Shown piece by piece: positions 31,519-43,005 of a stretch of 64,000 bases of DNA. The number at the start of each line of letters is the position of its first letter. Within the stretch, counting starts at the first letter, position 1. Both the position numbers and the translations under genes were made by a program. Below the pieces are notes generated by a model. It had not been told where the DNA came from. It searched no databases and saw only the letters and a list, made by a program, of their open reading frames with translations. Origin of the DNA: Prasinococcaceae sp. CCMP 1430 (lineage: Eukaryota; Plantae; Prasinodermophyta); NCBI GenBank assembly GCA_013416795.1, contig RQSC01000024.1:129827-193826 (forward strand), read 5' to 3'.

Positions 31519-32830
31519 GTAGTGTAGGGTGCGATTACAGTACGAGAAGACGCAAGCGCAAGGTTGCGTAGCGCGCATGTGTAAGATCTAGGTGCATGTG
31601 TGAGAGCGAGCTATCCGCCCGCAGCGCTGCCGCGAGAGCGGCGCCTGGGGCGATCGTGTGTGTGCACGCCGCACGCGCGGAGCACGCATGCCGACGATGA
31701 ACTGTGCAGGCCGTCGGCAAGGACCCGAAGGACCTTGTCCGTCGGCCAGCGGCTTGGGTTCGTCGCCGTGACCCTGTGGGTGAAGAGGTGCTCGATGGCA
31801 CGTAGAGCTCGATGAACGACTCGAACAATAGCGCTTGCTCGGCGATGACCTCCGCGGTCTCGCGCTGGTCCACGCCGTGGACGGAGGCGATGGCTGCGTC
31901 GCTCATCCGCTGGCCCATGGCAATGGAGCGAAGAGGGTGCGATTACAGTGAAGGACCCTTTGCAGCAGAAGGAAGACGCAAGCGCAAGGTTGCGTAGCGC
32001 GCTGGACCAAGCATGGTGGACCGCAAGCATGATCCTTCGCGTCCTCGCCGAAGGCCTGCCTAGCGCCTCGGCGACATGCTTGCTTGGCGCTCTTACACAC
32101 GACCGTCCCAGCCGCCCCCCAGAGGGCAGCGTTGCGGGTGGGCTAAGAGGTTTTCCGAACGGCTTAAATTCCGGCGGCGCCTTCCTAATCTTCCCCGCAA
32201 CTGCCACCTTGGCGCTTGCATCTTCGTGCAAGGTGAGATAGACCCTAGACCCTATGCTCGGTTTGCAGGCGGGCGCGTCACTTCGGGCGCACGCGTCCTT
32301 GTAGTGTAGGGTGCGATTACAGTACGAGAGGACGCAAGCGCAAGGTTGCGTAGCGCGCGTGTGTAAGATCTAGGTGCATGTGTGAGAGCGAGCTATCCAC
32401 CCGTAGCGCGGCTGCGAGAGCTGCGCCTTGGGCGGTCGTGTGTGTGCACGCCGCACGCGCGGAGCACGCATGCCGACGATGAACTGTGCAGGCCGTCGGC
32501 AAGGACCCGAAGGACCTTGTCCGTCGGCCAGCGGCTTGGGTCTGTGGTCGTGACCCGGTTGAGGAAGAGGTGATCGATGTCGCCTATGGAGGAGCTGTGC
32601 GCACGGCCCAGGGTGTCGAACGCCAGCGTGTGGAACTGGATCCTGTGGTGCGAGCAGATCTGCGCGTAGCGCTGGCGGTGAACCTTGTAGAGGTGCTGCA
32701 GGCCCGCCGCCGTGGACGGGTTCGCGCCTGCCCTGTTGATCTGGGCTGCCGGATCCGTGAAGGCGACGTCGAGGCAGTGTCTGTCGCCTGTGTTGGTGTC
32801 CTTGAGATCACTTGACTTCACGCGATGCAC
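31519..32830 (-). mobile_element. Cluster of 5'-truncated non-LTR retrotransposon 3' ends with a restriction-like endonuclease remnant (R2/CRE/NeSL-type)
   Basis: Near-identical copies at 31519-~31795 and 32301-~32825, a short copy at 31934-32001 and an inverted diverged copy at ~32030-32147. The ORF reads CLDVAFTDP..HRQRYAQIC..FHTLAFDTLG..LRVLADGL. Confidence 0.65.
31849..31917. repeat. 69-bp direct repeat, copy B
   Basis: Matches 28495-28563. Confidence 0.9.
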
Positions 32831-35800
32831 CGCACGCTTGCGCCTGTAGGCGGGCGCATCGGAAGCCGGAAGGCGCTGAACTGTGGCGCGGCCGCGAGGT
32901 ACACGGCATTCTCCTCAAAGTCGAAAGCGTTCTCTCGCGCGTAAAGATAGTAGGCGTCGGTGCAGCCCTGGGGGTCGCCGACGGCGCACATGAAAGGAAC
33001 ACGCTCGAGGCTGCAGCGGCCATCCCCCGTAGCCAGCTCATAGTCGCAGCGCAGAGTCGCGTTGCACAGCTCTTCCCTCAGTCCAGGTGCGGGCACAGTC
33101 GTTGCGTACCTCGGTTTCGAAGCGGCAACGCAGAACGCGCTCGACGCGCTGGCTACCTCGCGCTGCAGCAAGGGCGCAGACAAGGGCAGAGGGGCAAAAC
33201 CGGCTACGCCGGGATCACGACGCGCAAAGAAGTATGCCGCGTCCAGCAGGGAGCCGGTGCCGTCAAGACCCAGGCTAAGGTGAGCGAGATCAGCGTTGAA
33301 GTCTACCCAGACGTTGGTCCGAAGTGCCACACCGCTCATCGAGGATCGCCCCAGCTGGAAATCCCTCAAGCTGCTATGATGGGCCACCACGAGTGGGCGC
33401 TGGCCCGCGGCGGGCACACGCGTTGCGCCGGAATAGAGCTCGACAAACGCTGACCCGTCGCATGTCTGCTCAGCGCCGATGATGTTTTGACTCGGAGCGC
33501 CGCGCCGCTCTCGCGGGCAAAGGCGCGCGGTGCGGTTTCCCAGGACGCGTAGCGACGGCAGTCCAAACTGTTGCAGCTTGGCGTTGTTCTCGATGAGCAT
33601 GCCGCCTCCCTCTCGTGCGGCCACGACGCGCAGTCGCGGGGCCAGCAGGCGGCGTAGCGAGGGATTGCCGAAACAAATCAGATCCTCGCCGATGCTGACC
33701 AGCGTCGGCAAGCTGAGCATTGGCAGCGAGTGGAGCAGATATGCCTCGAAGTCCTCCTCAACACGTGTGAGAGCGGACAAGTCGACAACGTGCAAACTCC
33801 AGCAGTCGTACAACTCAACGTCCTCGCCCACCGCCGACAGGCTGCCGAGGGCGAGTGACATCAGTGCAGCACAGGCATGAACCTTCGCATCCTCCTCGAC
33901 TGCGACTAGTTTCGGCAGCTCAAGCGACGGCAGCGAGGCCAGAAAGAAAAGCTCTAGGTCCTCGTGGACGCGCTCCAGCCGCGGAGCAGCGACGCGCTGC
34001 AGCGCAGAACTCGACGCGATCGCGAGGTCTCCGGCGAAGACGTGCCGCAGTGACGGCATGTTGATGGCGACATTTTGATCATTGCCGGCGATGAAGATCT
34101 CCGGTGCGCGAGAGAGGGCGAGCAAGTCCACAGTCAGCAACCCTCGATTGTACGCGATGATGACAGTGCCCACAGAGCTCTTGCCCTTGCCCAGCTGCGA
34201 AAGGACGAGGCTCATCCCACCCAGGTTGAAGGCGATGCGCACGCCAATGGGCGCCTTTTGGAACGCTGGTAGCTCGACAAAAAAGTCGGCGCCAATGCCA
34301 CCATTGTACGCCAAGTCCAGCTCACCCTTCTCGACTGCACGCAGCTGCGGCGCTCTCAGGACACGAAGCCGCGCGTTGCCCTCGACTAAGAGGGATTGCT
34401 CGATGCTGCGGAGACCGCTCAAATCGATCCTCTCGGCGTTGCTATGGATGATGCTGAGGCATCCATCGATGCGGCTCAGCGTTGCACCCGCCACCACGCA
34501 CTTTATCACACCGACGCCCACGCCACGTGTATCGCCAGGCGAAAGCGTGACACTCCCCGCGGCGGTTGCCGCCCCGCCGAGCATGAGGCTGAGGTCAAGG
34601 CAACCATGTGCGTCAATCCAAGCTTCGTACTGACCCGCACGAGGGGCCTCAGGCGCGCACGCCCCAACGCCTGCGCAAAAAGCGCGCAGCCAGGAATCGC
34701 TGCCGCCCTCGTCGGCGTCGGCGTCTGGCCCATCCACGCCATCGCCGGAATCAATGACAGAATCTGCGTTGTTGCCCGCGCTGCCGCCAGAACACAGAGC
34801 GAGACGCAGCAGAGCTTGTGCCTGCGTCGCGCCGAGGTCTCCGCCGAGGCCGCACTGCGCGCAGAACCAGCTGTCTTGCGGGCAGTCACCCGGATGCACG
34901 TCGGGCGACGTAGGGCAAATATCAGCATCGTTGCCGGCGTTGAGGTTGAAGCGGGCGGGTTCAGGCGTACCCGCATTGAGCACGATCGAAACCAGCTCAG
35001 GATTGTCCACTACCGCGAATACCGGGGCGGCGCGCGTCCGGCGGAAGGCCAGCTCGCGCAAGGCTGGAAACGCAAGCGATTGCAGCGCGGCGTTTTCGAG
35101 AATGAGCGTGGCGCCAACTCCGAGGCGGCGCAAGGCAGGCAGCGTCAGTGTTGGCAGCTTATCGTTGAAGGCGAACACAAAGATACCGTCGAGGACGTCG
35201 TCCCGGCCACGTGGCTCCAAACCGGCCCCGAGGATGGACACGACGCGAGCGAGGTCAACGGACATCAGCACGCGATTGTTGTAGACCGATACGCTCCCCT
35301 GGACCTCTTGTAGCGCCGGTAGCTCGATTGCCTCGAGCGAAGCGCAGCTAGCTACAAGCAGGTCGCCGCCCAGAAGTCGCAGCGCTGGCAGGCGCAGCGT
35401 GCTAAGAGTGCGCGAGGCCACGACCTCCAAATCCTCTCCGATCGTACACAGCACGGGGGCGTCAAATGCCAAAAGCCTGTCCTCGTTCTCAATCTGGACG
35501 TCCTCGCCGACCGACTGGAGTCTGGGCAGATGCACAGAGCGCAAGCGTGGGTTGAAGCGTAGCTCAAGATCCTCGGTGACGCTCATCAGTCTCGGGAGTG
35601 AAAGCGCCGGGAGCGAGAGGCACTGCACAACCTCGCAGTCTTCTCCGACGCGTTCCAGCCGTGGCAGCTCAAGAGTGGTCAGCTCAGGTAGACCATCGAT
35701 GACCAGATCTTCGCCGACAAGCCGCAGCAATGGCGCGTCGATGATCGCGACTCTGCGGCAGTTGCGCACCAGGAAGTCATAGCGGGTCTCCCGCAGCTGC

Positions 35801-36366
35801 GGAAGGACAAGCGCCGACAGTTGTTTGAGGAGGTTGAGGTCCAAATGCAGTCCGATTGTCCTCAGCGCAGTGAGCTCTATCGTCTCTAGCGCTCCGCACG
35901 AGTCCACAGCCAGTGTTCGCGAAACGGCCAGCAGGCGTGGAAACGCGACATCAGCCAGCCACGGCAAAAGTCGTAGCAGCAAATTCTCGTCGACCGAGCG
36001 CAACTCAGGCACGGCGATGCGCTCCAGGCCAGGCAAGTTTGCAAACGCCATATCGCCTGCGACGGTCTCAAGATGAGGCGCCTGGACGCCGACGAGCGCT
36101 GCCGAAGCGTCCAGCACGAAAAATGCACCACCGACGTGCCGAAGCGAAGGGAACGCCAGCTCGACGCGCGCAGCATCTGTCTCCAAAATCGGCCTCGTGT
36201 CACTGTCAACGAAGACTCGGACGGTCCCAGCCTTGCCCGATGTGACAGACACATTGCTCACGGTTGTCGCAGTCGGCACCTCGATCAGCGTCGTCGCGGT
36301 AGAGACCGCCGACCCGACGAGCGCGAGCGCCACCGTGGCAAGCGCAGTCGCGAGGCGCAGGCGCAT
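32818..36366 (-). CDS. Large secreted/cell-surface protein with receptor L-domain (LRR-like beta-helix) repeats
   Basis: Signal peptide MRLRLATALATVALALVGSAVS; many LxLPxLxxVGEDLxI repeats in two arrays separated by a Cys-rich/acidic linker. Confidence 0.75.
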   Translation of the reverse strand: MRLRLATALATVALALVGSAVSTATTLIEVPTATTVSNVSVTSGKAGTVRVFVDSDTRPILETDAARVELAFPSLRHVGGAFFVLDASAALVGVQAPHLETVAGDMAFANLPGLERIAVPELRSVDENLLLRLLPWLADVAFPRLLAVSRTLAVDSCGALETIELTALRTIGLHLDLNLLKQLSALVLPQLRETRYDFLVRNCRRVAIIDAPLLRLVGEDLVIDGLPELTTLELPRLERVGEDCEVVQCLSLPALSLPRLMSVTEDLELRFNPRLRSVHLPRLQSVGEDVQIENEDRLLAFDAPVLCTIGEDLEVVASRTLSTLRLPALRLLGGDLLVASCASLEAIELPALQEVQGSVSVYNNRVLMSVDLARVVSILGAGLEPRGRDDVLDGIFVFAFNDKLPTLTLPALRRLGVGATLILENAALQSLAFPALRELAFRRTRAAPVFAVVDNPELVSIVLNAGTPEPARFNLNAGNDADICPTSPDVHPGDCPQDSWFCAQCGLGGDLGATQAQALLRLALCSGGSAGNNADSVIDSGDGVDGPDADADEGGSDSWLRAFCAGVGACAPEAPRAGQYEAWIDAHGCLDLSLMLGGAATAAGSVTLSPGDTRGVGVGVIKCVVAGATLSRIDGCLSIIHSNAERIDLSGLRSIEQSLLVEGNARLRVLRAPQLRAVEKGELDLAYNGGIGADFFVELPAFQKAPIGVRIAFNLGGMSLVLSQLGKGKSSVGTVIIAYNRGLLTVDLLALSRAPEIFIAGNDQNVAINMPSLRHVFAGDLAIASSSALQRVAAPRLERVHEDLELFFLASLPSLELPKLVAVEEDAKVHACAALMSLALGSLSAVGEDVELYDCWSLHVVDLSALTRVEEDFEAYLLHSLPMLSLPTLVSIGEDLICFGNPSLRRLLAPRLRVVAAREGGGMLIENNAKLQQFGLPSLRVLGNRTARLCPRERRGAPSQNIIGAEQTCDGSAFVELYSGATRVPAAGQRPLVVAHHSSLRDFQLGRSSMSGVALRTNVWVDFNADLAHLSLGLDGTGSLLDAAYFFARRDPGVAGFAPLPLSAPLLQREVASASSAFCVAASKPRYATTVPAPGLREELCNATLRCDYELATGDGRCSLERVPFMCAVGDPQGCTDAYYLYARENAFDFEENAVYLAAAPQFSAFRLPMRPPTGASVRCIA

Positions 36367-37611
36367 TTTTGAGTGTTGCTGACCTGACTGTATGACTGCC
36401 AGCTTGACCATATGACTCCCAACAGACTTGGCTCGCTCCGAGAGAGAGCACCAGGACGCGCAGGCACACGAGTTCGGAGAGCCTGTGCGTGCGGGCGCCG
36501 AGGTCGGCCTCGTCGATACAGCGCCAGGCAGGATCGCTGAAACCCTCGCCGAGCTACTCGCAAACACGGCCAAACAGAGCAACCCGGCCACCCCGCGCGG
36601 GCCCAGAGAACGCCCCGCCGCGGCCTGGCGTGCAGCGACAGCGCTGGCGCTGGTAACACGCTCTCCTGCCCGCCTGTCCGCGCGCGTCGCGCGCGGCGCG
36701 CAGGCCCGCGTACGCGCGACACCTACAAGGCCTCGTGCGCGCCGCGGCGCTCATGCAAGCGCGCGCGCGCCAGTGCGCCGCGCGGCGGTGCACCGCTCGC
36801 GCGCGCTCGCGATCCGTCGCCCGTTTTCTTTTCGCGCGCGGTGTGGCGCAGCCAGCGAGCGCGCCCCGGCACGCGTTGCATTCGTCGCATATCAAATCGA
36901 GAGAATCTCCGACCCTTCCATTGCATACGTCAAATCGAACGCTGAATTGCCGACGTGGCGACAACGAGACTACGCACATCAAACGTAATTGAATCGAACC
37001 CGGCGACTTCTGTCCTCTTGTTTTGATGGCTGGAATCGGGGGGGCGGCCACCGGCAGGGCAGCGTCGCAGCGTGCGCCCTGCAAGCCCGACGAATGTGGC
37101 GCGGGCGCGGCTGCGCTGGCGCTGCGCGGGCGGCGCATCGCGGACGTCGCAGCGCGGGGACACTGAGCGCGCACGCCAGCCACATCGCGCGCGTCGGCCA
37201 AGCTCCAACCCGCAGAGCATCCCGTTCGTCCAGGTCTCGGCCTGCAAGCGCACCCGCAGAGCGGCCGCCGCCTGCGTGAGGCGTCCTGCCGCGTCGGTGG
37301 CGCGTCGGTGTCGCATCGGCGTGCGCGCCACGCAGCGAGGCGTGCGCGCCACTAAGCGCGCCACTAAGCGCGCCACTCAGCGGGGCGTTAAGCGCACGGG
37401 CGTGAACCTCCCTTGTCAACGCGATCGCGATCGTGGCAGTGCACGGAGAGGGGCCTGTGGCGACCGCGCGTGCCGACTGCAGCGCGGCGCGGCGCCGCGC
37501 GTCCAGACGCTGCGCCACTCACTGCACCCAGCTAGACGCAGACAACCAGCTCTTCCTCCAAGGACCGTACGCCTCCCCCCTCCATACACACACGCTCGTC
37601 CGTATCCCACC

Positions 37612-38717
37612 ATGGGCGGGGGCGATGCATCGACAGTGCCGGGCATCGCGTTCGCCACACACCTGGGCGAGTTCGAGGTGCGCGAGTGCACCTTTCACCC
37701 CTTCCCTGCGTCCAAAACCCGCCTTCGCGCTGCGTGGGGCGCCCGCGCGGCGAGCTGACGGCGCGCTCCTGTGCCCGGCCGACGCCCCCCCCCCGGGCCG
37801 CGGCACGTCGCGCGTCTGCGGTGCAGCTGGACCGCGTGATCTCGTCAGCGCCTGCCGAGAAGAGGCTCTACTGCCTCGGACACGTTGGGGGGGAGCGCGC
37901 GGTGCTCAAGCTTGAGCGCGGGGGGCTCCCAGCCGGCGCGGACGAGCTGCGGTCCACGCTTCTGTGCTCGGCGTCAACTCTGTCTCGCACGTTCGAAAAC
38001 GACGTGTACTCGAAGTATGCTGCCAGCCCGGCGGCCGAGAGCGGCGCGCTGACCGTCGACCTGATCTGTCCCGCGAGCGACAAGCACGTCAGCAAGTACA
38101 CGCATCACCCGATGGTGATGGTCGAGGAGACGCCCGAAGGGTACGCGAGTGTCACCCAGCCCTTCATCAATTCCATCCCATCCAGCCGCATCAAGTGGGT
38201 GTACAACATCCTCGACAAGAGCGCCGAGGCTGAGCGCATGGTCTTCGAGGACCCTGACGAGTCCACGGGCTTCGTGCTGCAGCCGGACCTCAAGTGGGAC
38301 GGCTCCGCGGGCGCGCTCTACTGCCTGGCCATCGCGCACCGCAAGGACGTACGCTCGCTGCGCGACCTGCGCGCCGAGCACCTGCCCATGCTGCGCAACC
38401 TGCTCAACGGCGGCACGCGCGCAATCGAGGCAAAGTACAGTGTGCCTCGTCACAAGCTGCGTGTGTTCGTGCACTACCAGCCGAGCTACTACCACTTTCA
38501 CGTGCACTACGTGCACGTCGAGGCGACCGCGGGCGGGCAGGCGGTCGGCAAGGCGCACCTGCTCGCGGACGTCATCGGCAACATTGAGCTCGTGCCGAAC
38601 TACTATGAGCGCGCCACGCTGTCGTATACGCTCTCCGAGGGCGATCCGCTCTACGAGGCGTGGATGAAAGCGGCCGAGGACGGGGTACAGGAGGCAAAGA
38701 GGCTGCGCGCCGAGTGA
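37612..38717 (+). CDS. DCPS: Scavenger mRNA decapping enzyme (m7GpppX diphosphatase); intron 37678-37826
   Basis: LICPASDKHVSKY, WVYNILD..E.ERM, FVLQPDLKWD, SLRDL and the HIT motif HYQPSYYHFHVH. Confidence 0.93.
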
Positions 38718-38962
38718 ACTGTCGCCTGCCGGCTCCTGACATAAGTCACCACCCTTTGCAGCTGCTGCCTGGAGAGCTCCTTAATAGGCGCCCTTCCTGC
38801 CTGTGCGGCCTCGCCCGTGCGCCTCTTGGGCTGTCAAGCTGCGGCAGGACCTATGCGGACAGTGGGTGCATGCGATGACAACAAATGCAATGTACCTGCT
38901 CATGCCTGCTTCCGCGTCGCGTGCAGCGCGCCGTCGCTCCCCTCGATGCGAGGCAGCGCTCC

Positions 38963-41132
38963 TCACTCATCGATTGGCAGCATTTCCTGGAACGAGGGCT
39001 TGTTCGAAGAGAGGAAGATGTACGCTGCGGTGTGGTAGAAAATTGAGAGCTTGGTTTGCACGAGGGAGGACCGACCCAGGCTCGTGTCACGGAAGCCGAA
39101 CCGCACGAGCACGTCCTCGCCCGTCGCCAGGTCGGCGGGGCCCTCAGTCTCGAATGCGAGCCCTTCGAACTCGTTGATGCAGAGCGCCTCGTGGCAGTGC
39201 CGCACGAGCGAGACGGCGGGCAGCCACTTGAACGCGAGCGGCACATTGTCCGCCTTGATGTATAGGCCACCAAACACAATGTTGATAAGCATCACTGCCG
39301 GGGCGAGGGCATTCCCCACCTCCGGAGAGGGCGCTATGGCCCCTACCGCCAGGCCGAGTGCCGAGGCCGTCACGCTCTCTAGTGTTGACACCACCGCGAA
39401 TTTGACGAATCGGAGCGGACGCCCGTGCAGGCCGCTGCACGGGTAAACCACCGAGCTGAAGATGAACGGAAACAGGGCCGACATGGGCACCTCAGCCAGC
39501 AACTTAGCGACAAAGTACGGCCCCACCTCGTACGAACGCGCGACTCGCTCCCGGCTGACGACTGCCCGCTCGCGTGTGAAAGCCGTGACTGTCTTGGTGA
39601 TGCTCGCCATCGCTGTGTTAATCGCGCACACCTGCAGTAGGCCCATGCGGTCTTGAATCCGGCTCTGCGCGTTGCCCATGCGCCAGTAGATCATGCCAAA
39701 GACGATTGCCGAATTGAGTAGCGTGGCCACACGCACGCGGATGGTTGCCTTGTCACGCGTCACTTGCCGCAGGCTGCGCGCGAAAAGGCAGCGAAACTGC
39801 GTCCATGGGCCAGCGCGTGCCATCCGCGCACCAAACGCGCGCGAGGCCTCGCGCGCGGCCGCACCCTTCTTGGCGGCACCCAGCGGCGACGCTGCCTGCG
39901 CCGCCGCATTCACGAGCGCACGTACGCGCGCCTGCGATGCGCGCTCCACGTCGGCGTCTGACACGTCGATGGATATGGCGTCCACAACCCATTCGGCGGG
40001 GTTGAGCGGCGCTCCCAGAAAGGAGCTGTCGCCGACGTCGGCATCGAGGTGCCGCCTGAGCGTCTTCACTGCTGCTTCGGCAGGCCCGCTATAGGCGACA
40101 CCCAGCGCGCTGACGAGTGTCAGGTCGTCGAGCTGCGCGAAGATGGATGCCCTCGGCTGATGGATAGTCACAAGTACCGTGACGCCGCTGCTCGCGAGCT
40201 CCTTGAGAACGCCCATGACTTTGTCCGCCTGGAACGCGTCCAGGCCCGTCGTGGGTTCGTCCGCAAAAATGACGGAAGGGTCGGATAGCAGCTCGCACGC
40301 TATGGCGACGCGCTTGCGCTCGCCTCCAGACACGCCTCCGCTCTTGAGGCCATCACCCATCGGCGAGTCGAGGCACGCGCGCAGTCCCATGCGCGAGACC
40401 ACGTTGTCAACGCGCCCCTGCCGCTCGGTCTCGCTCATAGCGCGCGGCAGTCTCAGGCGCGCGGCCATCGCAAGCGTCTCCCGTACGGAGAGCTGGGAGT
40501 AAAAGACATCTTTCTGCTGCACGTACGCAATGCGGGGGCGGTGCTCGCGCACGTCGACTCCGTTGGCGAGCACGCGCCCGCGGAGCACCACGCGCTTCGA
40601 CGCGGGGACCTGGCCGGCTATGGCGTTCATCAGAGTGCTCTTGCCGGCTGTGTTTCGGTCGTGGAGCAGCAGCGTCGAGGGGGAGTCAGCCGCGTCCATG
40701 CAGGGTGGGCGGCGGAGCTGCCAGCCGCGCGCGGGCGGCGTGTCACGGATGTGCGCGCCCATCCGTGCGCATGGGTGCGACGCACACGCGCGCGCAGGGA
40801 CACGCACCGCCGGACGGCCCCATGATCGCGTGCAGGCGGCCGGGCGCGGCCACGCCGCGCGCCCCACCGAGCACCGTGCGCGTCTCTTCTGGCTCCCCCT
40901 TGCGCTTGATGGTGATCACTGCACTGATCCCCTCCCACTCGAGGGTGACCGGCACGTGTGCGGAGAGCGTCTCCGCGCCATCCCCACCACCACTGCTGCC
41001 GCGCGCCCTGCCTGCCACTGCCCTTGCAACGCCCACGACCGCGGCCGCCGCGCATCCCGCCGCCTGCACGGGCGGCGGCGCGGCAAGCGCCGCCGCGCTC
41101 ACCGCGAGCTTCAGCAGCGCGCCCGCGCCCAT
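38963..41132 (-). CDS. ABCG (white-family) half transporter; 2 exons
   Basis: Spliced Walker A GPSG/AGKSTL, AYVQQ, VSGGERKRVAIA, IFADEPTTGLD, TIHQP and a C-terminal TMD with ER.V..RE. Confidence 0.93.
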
Positions 41133-41273
41133 CGCCGCCTCGCCCTCTACGGTGCCCCTCACTCGCCCGCGCTGCGCCCCCGGCGGCGCCGCGCAGACCG
41201 CGCGAGGGGTGGCATGCTGCGCGAGCGCACGCGGCGGCGGCACTGCGGAGAACTCCAGAGAGAGCGGTTTCAC

Positions 41274-41294
41274 TTTAGGGTTTAGATAGGGTTT
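41274..41294. repeat. Telo-box-like tract
   Basis: tttagggtttagatagggttt. Confidence 0.6.
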
Positions 41295-41640
41295 ATGAAA
41301 AGGTGTTGCGGCATCGGAGAATGTCTTTCTGTGTGGCGCGTCAAGACTCAAGACAGAGTCAAACGCTGCGGAGCGGAGGGCATCGCAGAAGGTCCGTCCT
41401 GCCCGAACCTCGCTTTTTCATATATCTTATGGCGCGGCATCATCGCCGCAGCTGCCTCTCGCAGGTCTCACTCTAGAGTGGCACTACAAACTACACTTGC
41501 AGCGCTCACCGGCGGCTAGCTAGATATTTGACCGACTGCTGATGTCGTTTAAGACCCGCCCTCCCACATTGCTGTCGCTGTGATCGCGCGCCCGCGATGG
41601 GGGCTGCCTTGCCCATCGGACCTCGGATTTGAGATCCAGC

Positions 41641-42958
41641 TCACATTGCTTCAGGGAGGGTCTGCAGCGCGGCCTTGTAGGACCGCGGCCTGCCGAGCGG
41701 GTCATTGCCAGCCGTCTCGCGGCTAGCTCGAAGCATCGCCAAGAACTCGTCGTAGTCGATCGAGCCGCTGTTATCCGTGTCAGCTTCCTTGAGCATAGTC
41801 TGCAGCTCCTCAGCAGAGGCGGCCTCTCCCGCCTTCTCCAGCGCCTTTTGAATCTCATCTGGAGTAATGTGCCCGTCCCCATTGCTGTCGAACTCCATAA
41901 ATGCCGCCTTGATGCCGGCCTCATGCTCGAGTTTGCGCACGGCGACCGTGGATGCAAGCCATTCCTCGTAGTCGATGCTCCCCGAATTGTCGATATCCAT
42001 GGCTTGCAGCGCCTCAACCAGCCCGTCGCCCTGCGCGCCCAACATCGATTTCTTCGCGCGGAGTCCAAGCTGGAGCTCCTCGAAGCTGATCTGGCCGTCG
42101 CCGTTCGCATCAAGCTCCTGAAAGGTCTTCCGCAGCGCATCCTACATACGTGACCGCAGTCACCGCACCCGCCGCGAACGCATGGCAACTTCGGGCGTCA
42201 GTCTCGCGTGCTTGCTCTTTGATGCATGCAGCAGTCGCGCAAAACGCACGGCGGCCATGTTCTGCACTATGCGCGGCGCACCGCGATGTTCGCACCTGCT
42301 CTTCGGCCGACATGCCCTTTCCGATGGCAAGGAGGGCTACCTTCTTCAGCTTGTTCATCTTGCTGAACTGCGTGATCTTGCCCACGACCTCGTCGGTGAG
42401 CTCGGTGTCCCTAGCCTTCTCACCAGTGATCCACTTGTGCGCCAGCATGTCGGCGGCGGAGGGCCTCTTGGCCGGATCGCGCGTGCACATCTTGATGATC
42501 GCATCCTTGGCCTCCTTGGAGATGTGCGACCACGGGCGGCCCTGGAACTTCTTCTTTCGGAAGCCCGCGTCCGTGCCGCGGTGGATGGCCTGGAAGATGT
42601 CGCGATCCGAACGCCCGTTGAAGGGCGGCTCCCCGCAGAGTAGAATGTACGTAATGACGCCGACGCTCCACACGTCTGACTTGGGCTCACCCTTGCCAAC
42701 CAGTACCTCCGGCGCGACGTAGTACGCAGTGCCGCACACGTCGGGGAAGGTCTCACCAGGCTGGAAGAATTGAGAGAGTCCGAAGTCAGTGAGCTTGAGC
42801 TCGGCGTCCTCGGCCTCTGAGAGAAAGAGAAAATTCTCTGGCTTCAGATCGCGATGTGCAACGCCGCGTGCGTGCATGCGTTCAATGGCACCCAGCATCG
42901 CGCGCGAGAGCATCGCTGCATCCGCCTGGAAGAGGTCACCACGGACACACGGGACAGA

Positions 42959-43005
<47 letters not shown>

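Noticed and set aside
36930-37560. Several overlapping ORFs and a 12-bp x3 tandem repeat (GCGCCACTAAGC)
   Set aside because: Low-complexity translations with no motif; could not support a gene.
42960-43004. 45-nt poly-G run in the CDPK intron (possible G-quadruplex)
   Set aside because: Homopolymer length is unreliable and poly-G is a known sequencing artefact; no further support.
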